Source: Spirochaetia bacterium
Lineage (GTDB): Bacteria > Spirochaetota > Spirochaetia > SZUA-6 > Bin103
Assembly (NCBI GenBank): GCA_965198005.1
Contig: CBDAOI010000003.1
Span: 960,001 to 1,024,000, forward strand
Reading direction: 5' to 3'
DNA length: 64,000 bases
The position numbers and the translations under genes were made by a program. The notes under the pieces were generated by a model. That model did not search any database. It had not been told where the DNA came from and worked only from the letters and a program-made list of their open reading frames with translations. How positions within the stretch are numbered: the first letter of the stretch is position 1; the number at the start of each line of letters is the position of its first letter. Below are positions 52,701 to 62,702 of the stretch, piece by piece.

Positions 52701-53158
52701 CCGGCGGGCAGTCCCGCGAAGAAGGCGGCCGCCTGGTCGACGCTGGTCGGGCCGTCGGTCCCGGCGAGCACCGGAACGTCGTGCGCTACCGCCGCAGCGC
52801 GCGCTCGCAGCTTGTCGCCGAACAGTTCCAGCGTCTCGACCGCCGGCCCCACGAAGCGCGGCCCGCCTTCCTCACAGGCGCGCGCGAAGGCGGCGCTCTC
52901 GGCCAGGAACCCGTAGCCGGGGTGGACCGAGTCGCAGCCGGCCGCGCGCCCCAGCCGCACGATCCCGGCGCCGTCCAGGTAGGCGGGTACGCCGCGCCCG
53001 GACAGCGGCAGCGCCTCGTCGGCCACCTGGACGTGCAGCGACGCCGCGTCGTCTTCCGAGTAGATGGCGACGGTCGCGATCCCCAGGTCGGCGGCGGCCC
53101 GCGACACGCGAACCGCGACCTCGCCGCGATTCGCGATCAGGAGTTTTTTCAGGGCCAC
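49769..53158 (-). CDS. single-chain acyl-CoA carboxylase (biotin carboxylase + BCCP + carboxyltransferase)
   Basis: LLIANRGEVA, HPGYGFLAE, GGGGRG, RLQVEH, EAMKME, YTVLAGTQG, DCPGIMVG. Confidence 0.95.
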   Translation of the reverse strand: MALKKLLIANRGEVAVRVSRAAADLGIATVAIYSEDDAASLHVQVADEALPLSGRGVPAYLDGAGIVRLGRAAGCDSVHPGYGFLAESAAFARACEEGGPRFVGPAVETLELFGDKLRARAAAVAHDVPVLAGTDGPTSVDQAAAFFAGLPAGCAMMIKAVAGGGGRGTRAVSSAEQIAATFERCRSEAEGAFGDGTLYVEQMVARARHVEVQILGDGTEVVQVGERECSAQRRHQKLVEIAPAPSLPGALRTRIIDAARRVAAAVGYRSLGTFEFLVDADDVGDAAAFYFIEANPRLQVEHTVTEAVTGLDLVQAQLGIAGGRSLAELGLTQEQIPAPRGFAIQARVNLETLSADGRMRPGGGTITAFEPPTGPGVRTDTYGYAGYTTNPAFDSLLAKVVGHSTSPHFADAVRRTSRALGEFRLAGVATNIPFLQNLVNHPDFRAGRIYTRFVDDHLSDLVAPRTDRRRRPFAGAAPAGGAQTVSTDPLAVFAHARAAGAAPDRGPARSADAAIHLTAPDGSVGLPAPIQGTVVSVLAAEGDAVHAGQELVVMEAMKMEHLVQAAASGIVRRIAVSVGDVILEGDPLVYVEPAAVGERSGAVEESVDLDRIRPDLQETIDRHAYTLDENRPEAVAKRRQRGFRMARENIAQLVDPGSFQEYWPLVVALQHQRNDDQALREKTPGDGLIVGTASINGARFADQHSRALVVAYDYTVLAGTQGRRNHYKQDRMYELATRFRLPVVVFTEGGGGRPGDDYVGPRVAMDTPTFMQFSQLSGLVPLVGINNGRCFAGNTALLACCDVIIATRNSTIGMGGPAMIEGGGLGVYTPEEVGPMSFQVPNGVVDILVEDEASAVDVAKRYLSYFQGALDDWESHDQRRLRHVVPENRLRLYDMREVIETIADRGSVLELREQFGVGIITAFIRVEGRPLGVLANNPHHLAGAIDSDGADKGARFLQLCDAFDLPVLSLMDCPGIMVGPEHERTALVRHCARMFNTGANLTTPLFGVIVRKAYGLGVQAMCGACSLLGFFTVAWPTAEFSGMNLEGAVKLGYRRELAAIEDPEQRRVEFERRVADAYQRAKAVNAVAGGGVDDVIDPADTRWWIAAGMRRLPPPPPRSGKKRPYVDTW

Positions 53159-53928
53159 TACCTTCCCTTCCAGTTGGGCGCCCGTTTCTCGGCGAACGCG
53201 CGCGGTCCCTCGATGAAGTCTTCGCTGCCGCGCAACGCCTCGACACAGTCGTACCGGTGGCTCATCGACTCCTCCAGCGAGGGCGTGTCGAGGCTCCGGT
53301 ACACCACCTCCTTGGAGGCGCGGATCGACAGCGGCGCGCAGGCGCAGATCATCTGCGCCCAGCGGTTCGCCTGGCTCAGGAGCTCGGCGTCGGGCACCAC
53401 CGCGGTGACGAAGCCGAGCTCGTAGCCCTCCCCGGCGGATACGTGACGGCCGGTGAGAATCATGCCGAGGGCGCGTTTCGCGCCGATCTCGCGCGGCAGA
53501 CGCTGCAGGCCGCCGGCGAGGGCGGCCATGCCGACCGTCGCCTCCGGCAGCGCGAAGCGCGCGCTGCGCGCGGCGATGATCAGGTCGCAGGCGAGCGCGA
53601 TCTCGAAACCACCGCCCATGCACACGCCATTGACGGCGGCGATGATCGGCTTGGTCAGGTCGAACCGAGCGGTCAGCCCGCCGAATCCGCGTGGGGTGGG
53701 CACGCGCTCGCCGCCTTCAGCCTGATGGCGGAGGTCGTTCCCGGCGCAGAAGCCGCGGCCCTCGCCGGTGATGATCGCGACCCAGGCATCGTCGTTGGCG
53801 GCGAAGTCGTCGAATACGCGGCCCAGCTCCGCGTTGCCGGGCGGATGCAGCGCGTTCAGCCGCTCCGGTCGCGTGATCGTCACGGTCATGACGTGCTCGG
53901 ACAGCTCGACTCGGCAGAATTGTGTCAT
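53158..53928 (-). CDS. enoyl-CoA hydratase/isomerase
   Basis: FCAGNDL, KPIIAAVNGVCMGGGFEIALACD, FALPE. Confidence 0.95.
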   Translation of the reverse strand: MTQFCRVELSEHVMTVTITRPERLNALHPPGNAELGRVFDDFAANDDAWVAIITGEGRGFCAGNDLRHQAEGGERVPTPRGFGGLTARFDLTKPIIAAVNGVCMGGGFEIALACDLIIAARSARFALPEATVGMAALAGGLQRLPREIGAKRALGMILTGRHVSAGEGYELGFVTAVVPDAELLSQANRWAQMICACAPLSIRASKEVVYRSLDTPSLEESMSHRYDCVEALRGSEDFIEGPRAFAEKRAPNWKGR

Positions 53929-54095
53929 GGCGCTCCCTCCTGGTGACCCGTGCCCCGGGTCAAGGCATCATATCCGTCTCGGACGCCCTGGGTCACATTC
54001 TCGCGCCCAGGCGCGGCCCGGCGGACCTTGACCGCCCGGAGCGGGCCGGCTTACCCTCCGGCCACTCCCGAACGGGAGCGCACAGGAGGCAGCAC

Positions 54096-55157
54096 ATGAC
54101 CACCCGCGCCGCGATCCAGACCGTTCCCAACGGACCGCTCATCATCGACGAACTACCGCTACCCGAACCCGGGCTCGACCAGGTGGCGGTCAAGCTGTTC
54201 TCCAGCGGCGTCTGCCACTCGCAGCTCCACGGCATGAAGGACGCCACCGCCCGGCGACCGCTGCTGTTGGGCCACGAGGGCACCGGCGTCGTCATCCAGG
54301 CCGGCGCGGAGGTCAGCCACGTCAAGGAAGGGGACCACGTGATCGTCACCTGGGTCACCCGGACCGCGCAGCCGACACCGCCGGCCGACATGGCGCCGCC
54401 GGTCGCCGTCGAGTATCAGGGTGAGCCGGCGTTCTACTGGAACGTGCATACGTGGAGCGAGCACGTCGTGGCCGCGGCCGAGCTCGTGGTCGGGATAGCG
54501 CAGGATGCGCCGACCGACGTAAGCTGCATCGTCGGCTGCGCGGTGCTCACCGGCGCCGGCGCCGTGATGCGCACCGCCCAGGTGCGGCCGGGCGACTCGG
54601 TGGCGGTGTTCGGGGTCGGCGGCGTAGGTCTGTCGGCCCTGCGCATGGCGGCACTCCTGGAAGCATATCCGATCATCGCCGTGGACCTGCGCGACGACAA
54701 GCTGGAATTCGCCCGCCGGTTCGGAGCGACCCACGTGGTGAACGCGGCCCAGGGAGATCCGGTCGCGGCGATCAGGGACCTCACCGGCGGGGGCGTCGAC
54801 TACGCCTTCGACGCGATCGGGGTGCGGGCGACGACCGAACAGATTCTCGATGCGACCCGTCCCGGCTGGTCGGGGGCGGACAGCCACGGCGGCATGGCCG
54901 TGCTGATCGGCATTCCACCGGCCGAGATGACCCTCGACCCGCGCAAGATCATGTTTCACCAGCGCCGTTACCGGGGCAGCCACGGCGCGACCATTCCCGA
55001 GCGCGACTTCCCGATGTATCTGCGCCTGCACGCCGAGGGCAAGTTTCCGCTGGACAAGCTGGTGACCGACCGCTACCGCCTGGACCAGATCAACGAAGCC
55101 TGCGCCGCGCTGCGCGCCGGCGACATCATGGGCCGCGCCATCATCGAGTACGATTAG
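54096..55157 (+). CDS. Zn-dependent alcohol dehydrogenase (MDR family)
   Basis: GVCHSQ, GHEGTG, GCAVLTG, GVGGVG; AGGAGG RBS. Confidence 0.92.
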   Translation: MTTRAAIQTVPNGPLIIDELPLPEPGLDQVAVKLFSSGVCHSQLHGMKDATARRPLLLGHEGTGVVIQAGAEVSHVKEGDHVIVTWVTRTAQPTPPADMAPPVAVEYQGEPAFYWNVHTWSEHVVAAAELVVGIAQDAPTDVSCIVGCAVLTGAGAVMRTAQVRPGDSVAVFGVGGVGLSALRMAALLEAYPIIAVDLRDDKLEFARRFGATHVVNAAQGDPVAAIRDLTGGGVDYAFDAIGVRATTEQILDATRPGWSGADSHGGMAVLIGIPPAEMTLDPRKIMFHQRRYRGSHGATIPERDFPMYLRLHAEGKFPLDKLVTDRYRLDQINEACAALRAGDIMGRAIIEYD

Positions 55158-55233
55158 TCGGACCTGTCTCCATGGGTGCCAAGACTATTCTCTGTACATT
55201 CCGTAGAACCACCATCCGAACCTGGACCAATTC

Positions 55234-55861
55234 ATGATAGAAGATACGTCGGACGAGTATATTGAAGATCCACTGAACGGTGATGACGAGATTGCCGGCA
55301 CGATACGCTACGCTATCTCGAGTTACGGAGCTGATATGCCTGTTGATGGAGTAATCAGCAGGCTTGATCGGAATGACATTTTTATCCCGCAGTTCCAACG
55401 AAACTTCGTATGGAATCAAGCTCAGGCATCCCGGTTCATTGAGTCTTTGCTTCTAGGCCTTCCCGTGCCTGGGATATTTCTGTTCAAGGAACCCGAGACG
55501 AGGCGTCTGATGGTCATCGATGGACAACAGAGACTGCTGACGTTGAAGTCTTTTCACGACGGAATAATCCGTGATAGAGCATTTGCATTGGTCGGTGTAT
55601 CGAAGGATTTCGCGGGTAAGACATACAAGACATTGGCTGATGAAGAGCGTCGAGAACTTGATGATTCGATACTGCACGCAACAATCTTCCAGCAAGATCG
55701 TCCGAGCGATGATCGTAGTTCGATCTACTCCGTGTTTGAGCGGTTGAATACTGGAGGGACCTCTCTACAGCCTCAAGAGATTCGTTCCTGTGTGTATAGA
55801 GGAGCGTTCAACGATCTGCTGTCGGAGCTAGCTAACAATTCTCACTGGAGAAAGCTCTACT
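55234..55861 (+). pseudogene. DUF262 (ParB-like, GmrS-type) protein, 3'-truncated
   Basis: PQFQRNFVW, FIESLLLGLPVP, IDGQQRL, FERLNTGG; low GC; abrupt switch at ~55861. Confidence 0.85.
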
Positions 55862-56973
55862 TTGGCGGGGCTGTTTGCCGACGCGGGTTACCGGACCGGC
55901 TACATCGGCAAGTGGCACTCGGCAGCTCCGGCGTGGGGGCAGTGCCGGAGTCCGAGCGCTACGGTTACCGGGACTGGCTGGCGTCCAACCTGCTGGAGCT
56001 CACCTCCGACGCCTACGCCACCACGATGTACGACGAGCGCGGCGCCGCGGCCCGGTTGCCGGGCTACCGGGTCGACGCCGTTGCGGATGCGGCGATCCGT
56101 TGCCTCGACCGGCAGGCGCGGCAGCGGCAGCCGTTCTTCCTGTTCACGTCGTTCCTCGAACCGCACATGCAGAACAGCCGGGACGACTACCCGGCGCCCA
56201 CCGGTTACGAGGAGGCCTGCACCGGCGTCTGGGTACCGCCCGATCTGGCCGCCCTCGGCGGCTCGAGCCACCGGCACCTGGCCGGCTACTACGGCATGGT
56301 GAAGCGCCTCGACGAGGCGCTGGGCCGGGTGCTCGACGCGTTGCGCAGCCTCGATCTGCTGCAGTCCACCGTGGTGCTGTTCACCAGCGACCACGGTTGC
56401 CATTTCAAGACGCGCAACGACGAATACAAGCGCTCATGCCACGAGAGCTCGATCCGCCTGCCCACCGTCCTGATCGGCCCCGGGCTCGACGGCGGCGGCC
56501 GGGTGCGGCAGCTCACCAGCCTGATCGACCTGCCGCGCACGCTGCTGGACGCGGCCGGCCTCACGCCGCCGCCGGCGATGCGCGGTCGGTCGGTCCTGCC
56601 GCTGCTTACCGATCCGGCGGCGCGGAAGACCTGGCCCGACGACCTGTTCGTTCAGGTCAGCGAGAGCCAAGTGGGGCGGGCGCTGCGGACCGCTCGCTGG
56701 AAGTACGGCGTGTTCGCTCCCGGCGCGGATGGCAACACGCAACCGTCCGCCGCCAGCTACCAGGAGCAGTACCTCTATGACCTGCGCGCCGACCGCTACG
56801 AGTTGGTCAACCTCGCCGGCAGCCGCGCGCACGACAGCGTAGCGGCGCGCCTGCGGCGGCGGTTGCTCCGTCACTTGGCCGCGGTGGAGGGCAGTGAGCC
56901 GACCATCGTGCCCGCAGCCAGTCGGCACGTCCCCCTCGTCACCATCACCAACGACGAGTTGGCCGGCCTCTAA
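55862..56973 (+). pseudogene. sulfatase, 5'-truncated
   Basis: AGYRTGYIGKWH, PFFLFTSFLEPH, FTSDHG, LYDLRADRYE; the N-terminal CxPxR region is absent. Confidence 0.85.
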
Positions 56974-57131
56974 CGCATGCCTATCAGGGTAACTACCGCA
57001 GCACGGACGCGTCGGCGCGGCGGTGGCGGAACTGAAGGAGGCGGCGGCGGCGCGGCCAAGCCGACGGCCTCTGGGCTCGACCCGTTCGCACGGTTGGGTG
57101 GCGTCTAGTACTGCGAACGGAACCGGAACTT

Positions 57132-57455
57132 GCGGAACTGTTCCGTCACTACGCCGAGAGCGGCGGCTACCCCGAACCGATGCTCCGGGACATGGACCGC
57201 GGCTTCTATCTGCGAACCCTCTGGGATTCGATTCTCTACAAGGACATCGTGCGACGCCGCCGCATCCGCTCGGTGGCGGGCATCGAAGACCTGGCCGGGT
57301 ACCTCCTGGCCAATGTCGCCCGCGAGTACTCTCTCAATCGGCTGACCACGGTCACTCGCTGCAAGAGTGTGCATACGGTGGCCAAGTACATCGGCTACCT
57401 GGAAGAGGCGTTCCTGTTCTTCTCGCTCCCGCGCTTCTCCTTCAAGGCACGGGAG
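57132..57455 (+). pseudogene. internal fragment of AAA_14/DUF4143 ATPase
   Basis: GGYPE..ILYKDIVRR..TVAKYIGYLEEAFL. Confidence 0.75.
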
Positions 57456-57511
57456 AAGGATCACGATGATCGGCGCCAGTGCGATCCAGCGCACGTTGAT
57501 CCGTTGATCTA

Positions 57512-57588
57512 CCTTTTCGTCGTGACCCCAGTAGTCGGGATTCTTGACCCAGGTCAGAGAGCTGCCCTCGCCCCAGTCGGTCAACGCC
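57512..57588 (-). pseudogene. short patch of a family-5 SBP gene
   Basis: LTDWGEGSSLTWVKNPDYWGHDEK. Confidence 0.75.
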
Positions 57589-57662
57589 AGGCCAGGTGGC
57601 GGCCGCCACGTTGCTTGGCCAGTTCCGTTGCTCGCCGGGTTCCGTTCTACTATGCTGCGGTG

Positions 57663-60458
57663 ATGCAGACCGTGGCGTTGACGTCTCGTCCGTTTCTCGC
57701 CAGCGCCGCCGCCAAACGCCGCTTCGTAGGCGTCGCGCTGCTGCTCGTCATCCTCGTGCCGTTCGCGGCGCTGAACCGGCTCCCCAAGCTGGATACGGTC
57801 CGCGAGGACCTCCGCGCCGCGCTCGCCCCCACCGCTCAGTGTTTTCAAGGGTTCTGCATCAAGGACCCTGGCCGGGCGAGCGAACGGAGTGGTTTCTTCG
57901 ACCGTTGGTGGCGATTCTCCGTGACCTACCTGCAGCTGGTTGCCATCGGGATGTTGTTTGCGTTTGCGGCCGCCGCCATTGCCGAGGCGTTCCTCGTCTC
58001 CGACGTGTCCGTGCGTGCAGGCCTCGCTACCTCCGCCGCTGGATCCGGGCGTTGGCAGCGCATCCTGAAGGGCATCGGTCTCGGCCCCGTGCTCAACCTC
58101 TGTTCGGCATGCATCGCTCCGGTGTCCAGCACGCTTCGGCGCGGCGGCATGGGAGTCGAGGGCGCGCTCGCTCTGGTGCACGGATCGGCCACACTCAATG
58201 TGCCGTCACTGCTGATGATCGCCGTAGTCTTCACCCCCCTCCTCGGTGCGAGTCGGCTCACTCTTGGGCTGGTCGCGGCGTTCTCGCTGGGGCCCCTGGT
58301 CGCCTGGGCGACGCGCCGGCGTGGCGCGAGCCTCGACGACCGCGCCAGCACCGAGGTCGTGTGCGAGGTACCGGTAGCGGTAGAGGAGCTTGCGACCTGG
58401 TCGGAGGTGCTGCGGACCGGCGGCGCGGAATGGCTGCGCTCGTGCGCGCGACTGGTGCGGCGCATGTTACCGCTCATGATCGTGGCCGGCTTCGCCAGCG
58501 GCGCGGCCATCCAGGCGTTGCAGCCCGAGACCGTTACCTCCTATCTCGGCGAAAGCCTGCTGGGGGTCGTCATCGCCTCGACGCTCGGCGTTCTGATCAA
58601 CGTGCCGTTGCTGTTCGAGATCCCGCTGGTCGCGCTGCTGCTGATCCTCGGCGCGGGCACGGCTCCGGCCGCAGCCCTGCTGTTCGCCGCCGCCGCCGGG
58701 GGGCCGGTTACCTTCCTCACGCTTTCCAAGGCACTCGGTCGTCGCGGCGTCGCCGTCTACGCGGGCGGCACCTGGGCTATCGCCGTACTCGGCGGTGGCG
58801 CGGTGCTGCTGTTGGGGGCGCTGCTTGGGCCCGAGCGGGCGGCGCTGCGACTCGACGGTGGGCGAGCAACGGACGGCGCCAGCCACCTTCGCGTCGTGCC
58901 CAACTCCATCGTGCTGGCCACGTGCGCCAGCGAGCCGGCGCTCTGCCCCGACCAGAGCGGACTTCGTTGGCCGCACACGCCTACCATCCATGGGCACTCC
59001 GTGACCAGTGCCGGCGGCGCCGTCGGCGACTTCGACCGCGACGGTTGGCAAGACCTGTTCGTGCCGTCGGGCGGCACCACGCCCGACCGGCTGTACATGA
59101 ACAACGGCGACGGCACGTTCACCGATCGCGCCGCCGAGGCCGGAATTGCGGCCCGACATCACGGCTACGGCGCGGCCGTGGGCGACGTGGACAGCGACGG
59201 CTGGCTCGATATCTTCGTCATCAGCTATGGCACCGTGGACCAGCGCTTCACCATGCCCGGCAACCACCGCCTCTACCGCAACAACGGCGACGGGACGTTT
59301 ACCGACATCGCCGCCCGGGCGGGGGTGGCTACCACCAGCCTTAAGCAGCCGACCGGCACCGGGGCCAGCTTTGGCGACTACGACCTCGACGGCGACCTGG
59401 ACCTGGCCGTGGCCTCGTGGTTCTACGGCGAGGGGGGCAACGCGCTGTTCCGCAACAACGGCGACGGGACGTTCGAGAACGTGACGTCACTGCTGCCATT
59501 CAGCGGGAACAGCGCCCCTCAGGGGTATACGCCGCTGTTCGCCGACATGGATGGCGACCGCTATCCCGAGCTGCTGTGGGCCGCCGACTACTTCACCAGC
59601 CGCTACCTCCGCAACGATGGTGGTGGCGGCTTCACCGACATTACCGCGCAATCCCGGACCGGGCTGGACGCCAACGGCATGGGTGCAGCGGCAGCGGATC
59701 TCGACAACGACGGCAGGCTCGACTGGTTCGTCACCTCGGTGAGCACGCGGTTTGCGATCGGGAAAGCGCCGGGTACCGGGAACTTCCTGTATCGCAACCA
59801 GGGCGACCATCTCTACGAGTCGGTCGGCGACCGCGCGGGGGTCGAGGAGGGCGGCTGGGGATGGGGTGCCGTTGCGGTGGATCTGGACCACGACGGCTGG
59901 CTCGACCTCGTGCAGACCAACGGCTGGGAGGGGCACAACGGCCGGGACGATCCCGAGTGGGCGTCCGAGACGACCAGAGTGTTCCTCAACCTCACCGCCG
60001 TTGCGTCTGAGCTGACCTTCGCCGACGTCGCCGAACAAGCGGGCCTCGTCCACCGCGGGCAGGGCCGGGGACTTGTCCATCTCGACTATGACAATGACGG
60101 CGACCAGGACCTGGTCATCTTCAACAACCGGGAACTACCCACGTTGGTGCGCAACGAGCTCGACCCGGGTACGGACGGCAGCGGCCGCTGGCTGCGCGTG
60201 TTTCTGGATACGGCGGCGCGTGCGGATCTGGCGCCCGACGGCTTCGGCAGCCTGGTTGTGGTGCGCGCCGGCGATCTTCGTCAGGTGCGCTACGTCGGCG
60301 CAGCGGCCGGCTACCTCGGTCCGTCCGAGCTGTCGGCCCACTTCGGTCTCGGCGCCGCGCCGGTGGTGGACGAGCTGCAGGTGCACTGGGCCGACGGCAG
60401 CACCTCCACCTACCACCAGGTGCCCACCAACCGCACCCTCACCATCGCGGCGCGATAG
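57663..60458 (+). CDS. DUF318-like permease fused to FG-GAP repeats and ASPIC/UnbV domain
   Basis: Membrane part with NLCSACIAP and LFEIP; then GDFDRDGWQDL, GDVDSDGWLDI, GDYDLDGDLDL repeats; C-terminal AHFGLG..VHWADG. Confidence 0.8.
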   Translation: MQTVALTSRPFLASAAAKRRFVGVALLLVILVPFAALNRLPKLDTVREDLRAALAPTAQCFQGFCIKDPGRASERSGFFDRWWRFSVTYLQLVAIGMLFAFAAAAIAEAFLVSDVSVRAGLATSAAGSGRWQRILKGIGLGPVLNLCSACIAPVSSTLRRGGMGVEGALALVHGSATLNVPSLLMIAVVFTPLLGASRLTLGLVAAFSLGPLVAWATRRRGASLDDRASTEVVCEVPVAVEELATWSEVLRTGGAEWLRSCARLVRRMLPLMIVAGFASGAAIQALQPETVTSYLGESLLGVVIASTLGVLINVPLLFEIPLVALLLILGAGTAPAAALLFAAAAGGPVTFLTLSKALGRRGVAVYAGGTWAIAVLGGGAVLLLGALLGPERAALRLDGGRATDGASHLRVVPNSIVLATCASEPALCPDQSGLRWPHTPTIHGHSVTSAGGAVGDFDRDGWQDLFVPSGGTTPDRLYMNNGDGTFTDRAAEAGIAARHHGYGAAVGDVDSDGWLDIFVISYGTVDQRFTMPGNHRLYRNNGDGTFTDIAARAGVATTSLKQPTGTGASFGDYDLDGDLDLAVASWFYGEGGNALFRNNGDGTFENVTSLLPFSGNSAPQGYTPLFADMDGDRYPELLWAADYFTSRYLRNDGGGGFTDITAQSRTGLDANGMGAAAADLDNDGRLDWFVTSVSTRFAIGKAPGTGNFLYRNQGDHLYESVGDRAGVEEGGWGWGAVAVDLDHDGWLDLVQTNGWEGHNGRDDPEWASETTRVFLNLTAVASELTFADVAEQAGLVHRGQGRGLVHLDYDNDGDQDLVIFNNRELPTLVRNELDPGTDGSGRWLRVFLDTAARADLAPDGFGSLVVVRAGDLRQVRYVGAAAGYLGPSELSAHFGLGAAPVVDELQVHWADGSTSTYHQVPTNRTLTIAAR

Positions 60459-60558
60459 CTAACGCCCGGTCGCACCGTGGTAACGGTGACACCTCGGTCG
60501 CTTAGGCGCGTAGCCGCGAGCTTGACCGGTCGCATGCAGATTCTTACAATAGAATACA

Positions 60559-61029
60559 GTGAAGATCGTCATGGATGCGGACTGCCTCATCAAGCTGACC
60601 AAGGCCGACTTGAAAGAACAGGTGTGCGCCGGGTGGAGCATTACGATTCCAGAGTTGGTGAGACGCGAAACGGTCGAGCGGGCGCCCCAGCTTCCCGACG
60701 CGGTACGCATCCGCGAGAACGTCGAGAAGAGGCGTATCACGGTACAAGACGTTGCAGGCCCGCAGGCTGACGGAGAAAATGCGGCACTGTTCCTGTTCCG
60801 GGAAGGCGGCTTCGACCTGATTGCGAGTGACGATGCGCGGTTCATCCGCCGACTGCGCGGACTTGGTGTGCCGTTCGCGGTCCCGGCGGTAATCGCGGTG
60901 TTGCTCTGCCGTGACGGCGCGCTGACGGCAGATCAAGCGCGGGAGGCTCTCGAAGCCTTGCGTCCCCATATCAGCGCCGACCAGTATGCCGCTGCACAGC
61001 TCTTGGTTTCGGGAGGCGTGGTGAGGTGA
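60559..61029 (+). CDS. PIN-like protein (DUF3368-type)
   Basis: IVMDADCLI, GENAAL, IASDDARF. Confidence 0.75.
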   Translation: MKIVMDADCLIKLTKADLKEQVCAGWSITIPELVRRETVERAPQLPDAVRIRENVEKRRITVQDVAGPQADGENAALFLFREGGFDLIASDDARFIRRLRGLGVPFAVPAVIAVLLCRDGALTADQAREALEALRPHISADQYAAAQLLVSGGVVR

Positions 61030-61328
61030 TCACGAAATCGTTGCGGTTGTCGGACTCCCTGGTGAGCGCGGTACGGGAAATCGGACGTGCCGAGCAGATC
61101 GAGGAATCGGCGGCGATGCGCAAGCTCCTGCGCATGGGCTACGGGCTCTATCTAGCCGAGCAGTACCGGGCGGGACGACGCACGCTGCGTGACGTGGCGG
61201 ACCGCCTGGACCTGTCGCTGAGCGAGACGCTCGACACGCTGCAGCGTCTCGGCATCACCGGCAACACCGGCGCCGATGATACGCTCGCATCCTTCCGTTC
61301 CACGTCGAAGCCAACTGGCCGTCAGTGA
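61026..61328 (+). CDS. UPF0175-like antitoxin
   Basis: KSLRLS..MRKLL..YRAGRRTLRDVADRLDLS; GTGA overlap with the PIN gene. Confidence 0.75.
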   Translation: MITKSLRLSDSLVSAVREIGRAEQIEESAAMRKLLRMGYGLYLAEQYRAGRRTLRDVADRLDLSLSETLDTLQRLGITGNTGADDTLASFRSTSKPTGRQ

Positions 61329-61349
61329 GGCACGTAGGCTCAGCGCAAT

Positions 61350-61440
61350 TCGTGGCCGGCTTCGCCAGCGGCGCCGCCATCCAGGCCTTGCAGCCGGAGA
61401 CCGTTACGGCCTACCTCGGCGAAAGCCTGCTGGGGGTCGT
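61350..61440 (+). repeat. diverged 91-bp copy of 58480-58570 (permease gene)
   Basis: 6 mismatches, 5 at third codon positions. Confidence 0.9.
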
Positions 61441-62349
61441 TTCGCCGGCTCGCGGCCGAGGCGGCCCGCACCACCCCGCAGCCGCGGGTCGAGCAGGTCC
61501 CGCACCGCGTCGCCGAACATGTTCAGGCTGTAGACCAGCACGGTCAGGAAGATTCCCGGCCAGAACGCCAGCCACGGCGCCTGCTCCATGTACTCACGCC
61601 CCTCGCGGCTCAGCAGACCGCCCCAGCTCGGAATGTCCACCGGCAGACCGAAGCCGAGAAAGCTCAGCGACGCCTCGCTGATGATCACCCCACCGATGCT
61701 GATACTGAAGACGATGATTACCGGAGCGACGATGTTGGGCACGACGTGCCGAATGAGTGTCTTCCACCTCGATGAGCCAATCGCCTCGGCCGCCTGAAAA
61801 TAGACATTCTCCTTGATGGCGATGACGGCGCTTCTGACCACCCTGGAGTCGCCGATGCCGCCGCTTACCCCCAAGACCACGATGGTCTGTGCCAGACCTT
61901 GCCCCGCGATAGACATGATGGTCAACAGGATCAGCAGTCCCGGTATGGATACCCAGGCATCGACGAATCGCTGCACCGCCAAGTCCAACTTGCCGCCAAG
62001 AAATCCGGACGTGCCGCCGACCAGCAGGGCGACCACGACGTTGAGGGCGGTTGCAGCCAGACCAACGGTCAGCGAGACACGAGCGCCGTAGATCAGGCGG
62101 GTCAGCAGGTCTCGTCCGACATGATCGGTGCCGAGCAGAAAGCGAGCCGAGGGGCCGGCGAGCCGGTCGGCCAGGCTCATCTCCCGATATCCATAGGGAG
62201 CCAGGACATCCGCAAAGATAGCCGCGACAATGAACAGTACGATGATGATTCCACAGGCGGTCCCCAAGGGCTTCTCTTTCCACAGCCTGACGAAGGACAA
62301 GGACCAACGCAACCGCGAAGGCCCTTGTAATGCTTACGATATAGGTCAT
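61404..62349 (-). pseudogene. SBP signal-peptide start fused out of frame to a dppC permease
   Basis: MTYIVSITRAFAVALVLVL (cf. MTFAIALVLVL at 19575) joins at ~62294 to FVRLWKEKPLG..DLLDPRL. Confidence 0.85.
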
Positions 62350-62702
62350 GGTATTCTCCCTTTCTTGAGCTATTTGGGGAGCTTGACAGGACGGTGGCTC
62401 GGCCATCGGACCAGCCGGTGCCGCGGCTAGCGCGCATCTGTCGTCGACAACTGTGGTCGGGCACAGATGTGTCGGTTGTCTGTATAGAGGCGCCGGCAAC
62501 GCCGGCTGGTGTGCACCGGTGGAGTTTGCGGCCGACGCGGTCGGCCGTTGGACGCACAGATGCGTGGCGGCTGTGCGCCACACGCATCAATGGTGCCGCG
62601 GTCAGCACCGGCGCCGCGAGGTCGGCTGCTGCGCGGCTAGCGGTAGTCGGTAGTCGGTAGTCGGCGGCTGGGCTGCATGCTGTCAGTGCCCATTCGCGGA
62701 CG

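Noticed and set aside
55234-56973. 579-aa DUF262-sulfatase fusion ORF
   Set aside because: GC changes abruptly at ~55861, the sulfatase begins in another frame (GYRTGYIGKWH) and both halves are truncated. This is a junction product, not an evolved fusion.
57180-57662. N-terminal extension making a 1092-aa ORF
   Set aside because: It consists of a DUF4143-ATPase fragment and an antisense SBP patch; the likely start is ATG 57663.
58480-61440. DGR TR/VR pair
   Set aside because: Mismatches are mostly G/C swaps at synonymous positions, not adenine-specific; no DGR-type RT is present.
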